A DNA stretch of 64,000 bases from Auanema rhodensis (lineage: Eukaryota > Animalia > Nematoda). The stretch covers positions 2,542,001-2,606,000 of the forward strand of contig OZ059898.1 in NCBI GenBank assembly GCA_964057225.1, given 5' to 3'. Below are positions 1 through 10,300 of the stretch, piece by piece (positions within the stretch are counted from its first letter, which is position 1; the number at the start of each line of letters is the position of its first letter). The translations under genes and the position numbers were made by a program. Under the pieces are notes generated by a model. It had not been told where the DNA came from and did not search any database. It saw only the letters and a list, made by a program, of their open reading frames with translations.

Positions 1-3000
1 AGCTTAAAAATGCACCGAGATATCAACTGATATAAGTTCACACTTATATCCTCGATTTTCACCCTGAAGAATTAATTTTTTCGTTGAATAACATTGTCTA
101 TCGTCTTTGCCTTGAGAAATGGAATCTAAAAACATCTACTTTCTGCTAAATTATTTTGAAATTTTCCGAAAAAATTTTTGTCAAAATGTTTTTGGAAGCA
201 ATGTTGAGTGTACATGGAAACTCAACATACACTAATGCATCATTTTTCAAACGATCATAACTAATTTTTGTATCAAGCGTTTTTCAATGTAGTATAGTGC
301 ATTCGATGCGGATTTTTAAGCTGCGTCGAGCTGTGTTATCAGATTTGCGCTAGCTTAAAAATGCACCGAGATATCAACTGATATAAGTTCACACTTATAT
401 CCTCGATTTTCACCCTGAAGAATTAATTTTTTCGTTGAATAACATTGTCTATCGTCTTTGCCTTAAAAAATGGAATCTAAAAACATCTACTTTTAGCTAA
501 ATTATTTTGAAATTTTTCGAAAAAATTTTTGTCAAAATGTTTTTGGAAGCAATGTTGAGTGTACATGGAAACTCAACATACACTAATGCATCATTTTTCA
601 AACGATCATAACTAATTTTTGTATTAAGCGTTTCTCAATGTGGTATAGTGCATTCGATGCGGATTTTTAAGCTGCGTCGATCTGTGTTATCAGATTTGCG
701 CTAGCTTGAAAATGCACCGAGATATCAACTGATATAAGTTCACACTTATATCCTCGATTTTCACCCTGAAGAAATAATTTTTTCGTTGAATAACATTGTC
801 AATCGTCTTTGCCTTGAAAAAAGGAATCTAAAAACATCTACTTTTTGCTAAATTATTTTGAAATTTTTCGAAAAAATTTTTGTCAAAATGTTTTTGGAAG
901 CAATGTTGAGTGTACATGGAAACTCAACATACACTAATGCATCATTTTTCAAACGATCATAACTAATTTTTGTATTAAGCGTTTCTCAATGTAGTATAGT
1001 GCATTCGATGCGGATTTTTAAGCTGCGTCGATCTGTGTTATCAGATTTGCGCTAGCTTGAAAATGCACCGAGATATCAACTGATATAAGTTCACACTTAT
1101 ATCCTCAATTTTCACCCTGAAGAATTAATTTTTTCGTTGAATAACATTGTCCATCGTCTTTGCCTTGAAAAATGGAATCTTAAAACATCTACTTTTTGCT
1201 AAATTATTTTGAAATTTTTCGAAAAAATTTTTGTCAAAATGTTTTTGGAAGCAATGTTGAGTGTACATGGAAACTCAACATACACTAATGCATCATTTTT
1301 CAAACGATCATAACTAATTTTTGTATCAAGTGTTTCTCAATGTAATATAGTGCATTCGATGCGGATTTTTAAGCTGCGTCGATCTGTGTTATCAGATTTG
1401 CGCTAGCTTGAAAATGCACCGAGATATCAACTGATATAAGTTCACACTTATATGCTCGATTTTCACCCTGAAGAAATAATTTTTTCGTTGAATAACATTG
1501 TCAATCGTCTTTGCCTTGAAAAAAGGAATCTAAAAACATCTACTTTTTGCTAAATTATTTTGAAATTTTTCGAAAAAATTTTTGTCAAAATGTTTTTGGA
1601 AGCAATGTTGAGTGTACATGGAAACTCAACATACACTAATGCATCATTTTTCAAACGATCATAACTAATTTTTGTATTAAGCGTTTCTCAATGTAGTATA
1701 GTGCATTCGATGCGGATTTTTAAGCTGCGTCGATCTGTGTTATCAGATTTGCGCTAGCTTAAAAATGCACCGAGATATCAACTGATATAAGTTCACACTT
1801 ATATCCTCGATTTTCACCCTGAAGAATTAATTTTTTCGTTGAATAACATTGTCCATCGTCTTTGCCTTGAAAAATGGAATCTTAAAACATCTACTTTTTG
1901 CTAAATTATTTTGAAATTTTTCGAAAAAATTTTTGTCAAAATGTTTTTGGAAGCAATGTTGAGTGTACATGGAAACTCAACATACACTAATGCATCATTT
2001 TTCAAACGATCATAACTAATTTTTGTATTAAGCGTTGCTCAATGTAGTATAGTGCATTCGATGCGGATTTTTAAGCTGCGTCGATCTGTGTTATCAGATT
2101 TGCGCTAGCTTGAAAATGCACCGAGATATCAACTGATATAAGTTCACACTTATATCCTCGATTTTCACCCTGAAGAAATAATTTTTTCGTTGAATAACAT
2201 TGTCTATCGTCTTTGCCTTAAAAAATGGAATCTAAAAACATCTACTTTTAGCTAAATTATTTTGAAATTTTTCGAAAAAATTTTTGTCAAAATGTTTTTG
2301 GAAGCAATGTTGAGTGTACATGGAAACTCAACATACACTAATGCATCATTTTTCAAACGATCATAACTAATTTTTGTATTAAGCGTTTCTCAATGTAGTA
2401 TAGTGCATTCGATGCGGATTTTTAAGCTGCGTCGATCTGTGTTATCAGATTTGCGCTAGCTTGAAAATGCACCGAGATATCAACTGATATAAGTTCACAC
2501 TTATATCCTCAATTTTCACCCTGAAGAATTAATTTTTTCGTTGAATAACATTGTCCATCGTCTTTGCCTTGAAAAATGGAATCTTAAAACATCTACTTTT
2601 TGCTAAATTATTTTGAAATTTTTCGAAAAAATTTTTGTCAAAATGTTTTTGGAAGCAATGTTGAGTGTACATGGAAACTCAACATACACTAATGCATCAT
2701 TTTTCAAACGATCATAACTAATTTTTGTATCAAGTGTTTCTCAATGTAATATAGTGCATTCGATGCGGATTTTTAAGCTGCGTCGATCTGTGTTATCAGA
2801 TTTGCGCTAGCTTAAAAATGCACCGAGATATCAACTGATATAAGTTCACACTTATATCCTCGATTTTCACCCTGAAAAATTAATTTTTTCGTTGAATAAC
2901 ATTGTCCATCGTCTTTGCGTTGAAAAATGGAATCTAAAAACATCTACTTTTTGCTAAATTATTTTGAAATTTTTCGAAAAAATTTTTGTCAAAATGTTTT

Positions 3001-6000
3001 TGGAAGCAATGTTGAGTGTACATGGAAACTCAACATACACTAATGCATCATTTTTCAAACGATCATAACTAATTTTTGTATCAAGCGTTTCTCAATGTAG
3101 TATAGTGCATTCGATCCGGATTTTTAAGATGCGTCGATCTGTGTTATCAGATTTGCGCTAGCTTAAAAATGCACCGAGATATCAACTGATATAAGTTCAC
3201 ACTTATATCCTCGATTTTCACCCTGAAGAAATAATTTTTTCGTTGAATAAAATTGTCAATCGTCTTTGCCTTGAAAAAAGGAATCTAAAAACATCTACTT
3301 TTTGCTAAATTATTTTGAAATTTTTCGAAAAAATTTTTGTCAAAATGTTTTTGGAAGCAATGTTGAGTGTACATGGAAACTCAACATACACTAATGCATC
3401 ATTTTTCAAACGATCATAACTAATTTTTGTATCAAGCGTTTTTCAATGTAGTATAGTGCATTCGATGCGGATTTTTAAGCTGCGTCGATCTGTGTTATCA
3501 GATTTGCGCTAGCTTTAAAATGCACCGAGATATCAACTGATATAAGTTCACACTTATATCCTCAATTTTCACCCTGAAGAATTAATTTTTTCGTTGAATA
3601 ACATTGTCCATCGTCTTTGCGTTGAAAAATGGAATCTAAAAACATCTACTTTTTGCTAAATTATTTTGAAATTTTTCGAAAAAATTTTTGTCAAAATGTT
3701 TTTGGAAGCAATGTTGAGTGTACATGGAAACTCAACATACACTAATGCATCATTTTTCAAACGATCATAACTAATTTTTGTATCAAGCGTTTCTCAATGT
3801 AGTATAGTGCATTCGATCCGGATTTTTAAGATGCGTCGATCTGTGTTATCAGATTTGCGCTAGCTTAAAAATGCACCGAGATATCAACTGATATAAGTTC
3901 ACACTTATATCCTCGATTTTCACCCTGAAGAAATAATTTTTTCGTTGAATAACATTGTCAATCGTCTTTGCCTTGAAAAAAGGAATCTAAAAACATCTAC
4001 TTTTTGCTAAATTATTTTGAAATTTTTCGAAAAAATTTTTGTCAAAATGTTTTTGGAAGCAATGTTGAGTGTACATGGAAACTCAACATACACTAATGCA
4101 TCATTTTTCAAACGATCATAACTAATTTTTGTATTAAGCGTTTCTCAATGTAGTATAGTGCATTCGATGCGGATTTTTAAGCTGCGTCGATCTGTGTTAT
4201 CAGATTTGCGCTAGCTTGAAAATGCACCGAGATATCAACTGATATAAGTTCACACTTATATCCTCGATTTTCACCCTGAAGAAATAATTTTTTCGTTGAA
4301 TAACATTGTCTATCGTCTTTGCCTTGAAAAATGGAATCTAAAAACATCTACTTTTAGCTAAATTATTTTGAAATTTTTCGAAAAAATTTTTGTCAAAATG
4401 TTTTTGGAAGCAATGTTGAGTGTACATGGAAACTCAACATACACTAATGCATCATTTTTCAAACGATCATAACTAATTTTTGTATTAAGCGTTTCTCAAT
4501 GTAGTATAGTGCATTCGATGCGGATTTTTAAGCTGCGTCGATCTGTGTTATCAGATTTGCGCTAGCTTGAAAATGCACCGAGATATCAACTGATATAAGT
4601 TCACACTTATATCCTCAATTTTCACCCTGAAGAATTAATTTTTTCGTTGAATAACATTGTCCATCGTCTTTGCCTTGAAAAATGGAATCTTAAAACATCT
4701 ACTTTTTGCTAAATTATTTTGAAATTTTTCGAAAAAATTTTTGTCAAAATGTTTTTGGAAGCAATGTTGAGTGTACATGGAAACTCAACATACACTAATG
4801 CATCATTTTTCAAACGATCATAACTAATTTTTGTATCAAGTGTTTCTCAATGTAATATAGTGCATTCGATGCGGATTTTTAAGCTGCGTCGATCTGTGTT
4901 ATCAGATTTGCGCTAGCTTAAAAATGCACCGAGATATCAACTGATATAAGTTCACACTTATATCCTCGATTTTCACCCTGAAAAATTAATTTTTTCGTTG
5001 AATAACATTGTCCATCGTCTTCGCGTTGAAAAATGGAATCTAAAAACATCTACTTTTTGCTAAATTATTTTGAAATTTTTCGAAAAAATTTTTGTCAAAA
5101 TGTTTTTGGAAGCAATGTTGAGTGTACATGGAAACTCAACATACACTAATGCATCATTTTTCAAACGATCATAACTAATTTTTGTATCAAGCGTTTTTCA
5201 ATGTAGTATAGTGCATTCGATGCGGATTTTTAAGCTGCGTCGATCTGTGTTATCAGATTTGCGCTAGCTTAAAAATGCACCGAGATATCAACTGATATAA
5301 GTTCACACTTATATCCTCGATTTTCACCCTGAAGAAATAATTTTTTCCTTGAATAACATTGTCCATCGTCTTTGCCTTGAAAAAAGGAATCTAAAAACAT
5401 CTACTTTTTGCTAAATTATTTTGAAATTTTTCGAAAAAATTTTTGTCAAAATGTTTTTGGAAGCAATGTTGAGTGTACATGGAAACTCAACATACACTAA
5501 TGCATCATTTTTCAAACGATCATAACTAATTTTTGTATTAAGCGTTTCTCGATGTAGTATAGTGCATTCGATGCGGATTTTTAAGCTGCGTCGATCTGTG
5601 TTATCAGATTTGCGCTAGCTTAAAAATGCACCGAGATATCAACTGATATAAGTTCACACTTATATCCTCGATTTTCACCCTGAAGAAATAATTTTTTCCT
5701 TGAATAACATTGTCCATCGTCTTTGCCTTGAAAAAAGGAATCTAAAAACATCTACTTTTTGCTAAATTATTTTGAAATTTTTCGAAAAAATTTTTGTCAA
5801 AATGTTTTTGGAAGCAATGTTGAGTGTACATGGAAACTCAACATACACTAATGCATCATTTTTCAAACGGTCATAACTAATTTTTGTATTAAGCGTTTCT
5901 CAATGTAGTATAGTGCATTCGATGCGGATTTTTAAGCTGCGTCGATCTGTGTTATCAGATTTGCGCTAGCTTAAAAATGCACCGAGATATCAACTGATAT

Positions 6001-7048
6001 AAGTTCACACTTATATCCTCGATTTTCACCCTGAAGAATTAATTTTTTTGTTGAATAACATTGTCTATCGTCTTTGCCTTAAAAAATGGAATCTAAAAAC
6101 ATCTACTTTTAGCTAAATTATTTTGAAATTTTTCGAAAAAATTTTTGTCAAAATGTTTTTGGAAGCAATGTTGAGTGTACATGGAAACTCAACATACACT
6201 AATGCATCATTTTTCAAACGATCATAACTAATTTTTGTATTAAGCGTTTCTCAATGTAGTATAGTGCATTCGATGCGGATTTTTAAGCTGCGTCGATCTG
6301 TGTTATCAGATTTGCGCTAGCTTAAAAATGCACCGAGATATCAACTGATATAAGTTCACACTTATATCCTCGATTTTCACCCTGAAGAAATAATTTTTTC
6401 CTTGAATAACATTGTCCATCGTCTTTGCCTTGAAAAAAGGAATCTAAAAACATCTACTTTTTGCTAAATTATTTTGAAATTTTTCGAAAAAATTTTTGTC
6501 AAAATGTTTTTGGAAGCAATGTTGAGTGTACATGGAAACTCAACATACACTAATGCATCATTTTTCAAACGATCATAACTAATTTTTGTATTAAGCGTTT
6601 CTCAATGTAGTATAGTGCATTCGATGCGGATTTTTAAGCTGCGTCGATCTGTGTTATCAGATTTGCGCTAGCTTAAAAATGCACCGAGATATCAACTGAT
6701 ATAAGTTCACACTTATATCCTCGATTTTCACCCTGAAGAATTAATTTTTTTGTGGAATAACATTGTCTATCGTCTTTGCCTTAAAAAATGGAATCTAAAA
6801 ACATCTACTTTTAGCTAAATTATTTTGAAATTTTTCGAAAAAATTTTTGTCAAAATGTTTTTGGAAGCAATGTTGAGTGTACATGGAAACTCAACATACA
6901 CTAATGCATCATTTTTCAAACGATCATAACTAATTTTTGTATTGAGCGTTTCTCAATGTAGTATAGTGCATTCGATGCGGATTTTTAAGCTGCGTCGATC
7001 TGTGTTATCAGATTTGCGCTAGCTTAAAAATGCACCGAGATATCAACT

Positions 7049-7070
7049 GATATAAGTTCACACTTATATC
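7049..7070. repeat. Inverted repeat 1 (pos 29-50 of each monomer; exemplar coordinates): 9-bp perfect stem, 4-nt loop
   Basis: GATATAAGT-tcac-ACTTATATC. It overlaps an alternative ATATCA-ac-TGATAT dyad (pos 20-33) and is flanked by CGAG/CTCG (pos 16-19 and 51-54). Confidence 0.9.
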
Positions 7071-7172
7071 CTCGATTTTCACCCTGAAGAAATAATTTTT
7101 TCCTTGAATAACATTGTCCATCGTCTTTGCCTTGAAAAAAGGAATCTAAAAACATCTACTTTTTGCTAAATT

Positions 7173-7207
7173 ATTTTGAAATTTTTCGAAAAAATTTTTG
7201 TCAAAAT
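7173..7207. repeat. AT-rich dyad (pos 153-187; exemplar) with a perfect 12-bp palindrome core
   Basis: The core is TTTTTCGAAAAA (pos 162-173). Outer arms are ATTTTGA (153-159) and TCAAAAT (181-187). AAAAACAT (128-135) and ATGTTTTT (186-193) are also complementary. Confidence 0.8.
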
Positions 7208-7220
7208 GTTTTTGGAAGCA

Positions 7221-7248
7221 ATGTTGAGTGTACATGGAAACTCAACAT
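7221..7248. repeat. Inverted repeat 2 (pos 201-228; exemplar): 9-bp perfect stem, 10-nt loop
   Basis: ATGTTGAGT-gtacatggaa-ACTCAACAT. It lies within the most invariant part of the monomer. Confidence 0.9.
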
Positions 7249-7322
7249 ACACTAATGCATCATTTTTCAAACGATCATAACTAATTTTTGTATTAAGCGT
7301 TTCTCAATGTAGTATAGTGCAT

Positions 7323-7389
7323 TCGATGCGGATTTTTAAGCTGCGTCGATCTGTGTTATCAGATTTGCGCTAGCTTAAAAATGCACCGA
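7323..7389. repeat. Long imperfect hairpin across the monomer junction (pos 303-351 plus next pos 1-18; exemplar)
   Basis: Perfect 11-bp arms ATTTTTAAGCT (7332-7342) and AGCTTAAAAAT (7372-7382). Inner pairings are GCG/CGC and ATCTG-tgttat-CAGAT. An outer extension pairs TCGATGC with GCACCGA, with a 2-nt bulge and one mismatch. Confidence 0.85.
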
Positions 7390-10300
7390 GATATCAACTG
7401 ATATAAGTTCACACTTATATCCTCGATTTTCACCCTGAAGAATTAATTTTTTTGTTGAATAACATTGTCTATCGTCTTTGCCTTAAAAAATGGAATCTAA
7501 AAACATCTACTTTTAGCTAAATTATTTTGAAATTTTTCGAAAAAATTTTTGTCAAAATGTTTTTGGAAGCAATGTTGAGTGTACATGGAAACTCAACATA
7601 CACTAATGCATCATTTTTCAAACGATCATAACTAATTTTTGTATCAAGTGTTTCTCAATGTAGTATAGTGCATTCGATGCGGATTTTTAAGCTGCGTCGA
7701 TCTGTGTTATCAGATTTGCGCTAGCTTAAAAATGCACCGAGATATCAACTGATATAAGTTCACACTTATATCCTCGATTTTCACCCTGAAGAAATAATTT
7801 TTTCCTTGAATAACATTGTCCATCGTCTTTGCCTTGAAAAAAGGAATCTAAAAACATCTACTTTTTGCTAAATTATTTTGAAATTTTTCGAAAAAATTTT
7901 TGTCAAAATGTTTTTGGAAGCAATGTTGAGTGTACATGGAAACTCAACATACACTAATGCATCATTTTTCAAACGATCATAACTAATTTTTGTATTAAGC
8001 GTTTCTCAATGTAGTATAGTGCATTCGATGCGGATTTTTAAGCTGCGTCGATCTGTGTTATCAGATTTGCGCTAGCTTAAAAATGCACCGAGATATCAAC
8101 TGATATAAGTTCACACTTATATCCTCGATTTTCACCCTGAAGAATTAATTTTTTTGTGGAATAACATTGTCTATCGTCTTTGCCTTAAAAAATGGAATCT
8201 AAAAACATCTACTTTTAGCTAAATTATTTTGAAATTTTTCGAAAAAATTTTTGTCAAAATGTTTTTGGAAGCAATGTTGAGTGTACATGGAAACTCAACA
8301 TACACTAATGCATCATTTTTCAAACGATCATAACTAATTTTTGTATTAAGCGTTTCTCAATGTAGTATAGTGCATTCGATGCGGATTTTTAAGCTGCGTC
8401 GATCTGTGTTATCAGATTTGCGCTAGCTTAAAAATGCACCGAGATATCAACTGATATAAGTTCACACTTATATCCTCGATTTTCACCCTGAAGAAATAAT
8501 TTTTTCCTTGAATAACATTGTCCATCGTCTTTGCCTTGAAAAAAGGAATCTAAAAACATCTACTTTTTGCTAAATTATTTTGAAATTTTTCGAAAAAATT
8601 TTTGTCAAAATGTTTTTGGAAGCAATGTTGAGTGTACATGGAAACTCAACATACACTAATGCATCATTTTTCAAACGATCATAACTAATTTTTGTATTAA
8701 GCGTTTCTCAATGTAGTATAGTGCATTCGATGCGGATTTTTAAGCTGCGTCGATCTGTGTTATCAGATTTGCGCTAGCTTAAAAATGCACCGAGATATCA
8801 ACTGATATAAGTTCACACTTATCTCCTCGATTTTCACCCTGAAGAATTAATTTTTTTGTTGAATAACATTGTCTATCGTCTTTGCCTTAAAAAATGGAAT
8901 CTAAAAACATCTACTTTTAGCTAAATTATTTTGAAATTTTTCGAAAAAATTTTTGTCAAAATGTTTTTGGAAGCAATGTTGAGTGTACATGGAAACTCAA
9001 CATACACTAATGCATCATTTTTCAAACGATCATAACTAATTTTTGTATCAAGTGTTTCTCAATGTAGTATAGTGCATTCGATGCGGATTTTTAAGCTGCG
9101 TCGATCTGTGTTATCAGATTTGCGCTAGCTTAAAAATGCACCGAGATATCAACTGATATAAGTTCACACTTATATCCTCGATTTTCACCCTGAAGAATTA
9201 ATTTTTTCGTTGAATAACATTGTCCATCGTCTTTGCCTTGAAAAATGGAATCTTAAAACATCTACTTTTTGCTAAATTATTTTGAAATTTTTCGAAAAAA
9301 TTTTTGTCAAAATGTTTTTGGAAGCAATGTTGAGTGTACATGGAAACTCAACATACACTAATGCATCATTTTTCAAACGATCATAACTAATTTTTGTATC
9401 AAGTGTTTCTCAATGTAATATAGTGCATTCGATGCGGATTTTTAAGATGCGTCGATCTGTGTTGTCAGATTTGCGCTAGCTTAAAAATGCACCGAGATAT
9501 CAACTGATATAAGTTCACACTTATATCCTCGATTTTCACCCTGAAGAAATAATTTTTTCGTTGAATAACATTGTCCATCGTCTTTGCGTTGAAAAATGGA
9601 ATCTAAAAACATCTACTTTTTGCTAAATTATTTTGAAATTTTTCGAAAAAATTTTTGTCAAAATGTTTTTGGAAGCAATGTTGAGTGTACATGGAAACTC
9701 AACATACACTAATGCATCATTTTTCAAACGATCATAACTAATTTTTGTATCAAGTGTTTCTCAATGTAGTATAGTGCATTCGATGCGGATTTTTAAGCTG
9801 CGTCGATCTGTGTTATCAGATTTGCGCTAGCTTAAAAATGCACCGAGATATCAACTGATATAAGTTCACACTTATATCCTCGATTTTCACCCTGAAGAAT
9901 TAATTTTTTCGTTGAATAACATTGTCCATCGTCTTTGCCTTGAAAAATGGAATCTTAAAACATCTACTTTTTGCTAAATTATTTTGAAATTTTTCGAAAA
10001 AATTTTTGTCAAAATGTTTTTGGAAGCAATGTTGAGTGTACATGGAAACTCAACATACACTAATGCATCATTTTTCAAACGATCATAACTAATTTTTGTA
10101 TCAAGTGTTTCTCAATGTAATATAGTGCATTCGATGCGGATTTTTAAGCTGCGTCGATCTGTGTTATCAGATTTGCGCTAGCTTGAAAATGCACCGAGAT
10201 ATCAACTGATATAAGTTCACACTTATATCCTCGATTTTCACCCTGAAGAAATAATTTTTTCGTTGAATAACATTGTCTATCGTCTTTGCCTTGAAAAATG

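Larger units (their letters stand above)
7021..7371 (+). repeat. Representative 351-bp monomer (M21, 'X' variant)
   Basis: One full unit from AGCTTAAAAA to GATTTGCGCT. Hand count of the consensus gives 111 G+C of 351. There are many A/T tracts of 4-7 nt. Confidence 0.98.
5617..9126 (+). repeat. 702-bp dimeric higher-order repeat (XY)x5, M17-M26; also M34-M43 and, interrupted, M50-M76
   Basis: Strict alternation of X (72A, 82C, 83C, 99C, 114G, 120A, 144T) and Y (72T, 82T, 83G, 99T, 114A, 120T, 144A). Confidence 0.9.

Noticed and set aside
29-50. Selection on hairpin 1 or on the TTTTTCGAAAAA palindrome via compensatory changes
   Set aside because: Stem variants (35C, 37C, 42T, 44C, 48C, 50T/G) are not compensatory. 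The palindrome-breaking 172C allele is common in the right half. There is no covariation support.
79-95. CENP-B-box-like motif TTTCGTTGAATAACATT
   Set aside because: It matches TTCG and the A of NTTCGNNNNANNCGGGN but lacks CGGG (5 of 9 key bases). The CpG is also mutated in both X and Y monomers.
1-351. Tandem RNA-gene array (5S rRNA, tRNA, snRNA, spliced leader)
   Set aside because: I could not recognise a 5S, tRNA cloverleaf, Pol III A/B/C box or SL exon, and the GC content is low. An Infernal/Rfam scan would be the decisive test.
312-362. Bacterial rho-independent terminator or promoter calls on the hairpins and AT tracts
   Set aside because: There are no genes, the stems are AT-rich and the context is a eukaryote-type satellite, so such motif matches would be chance.
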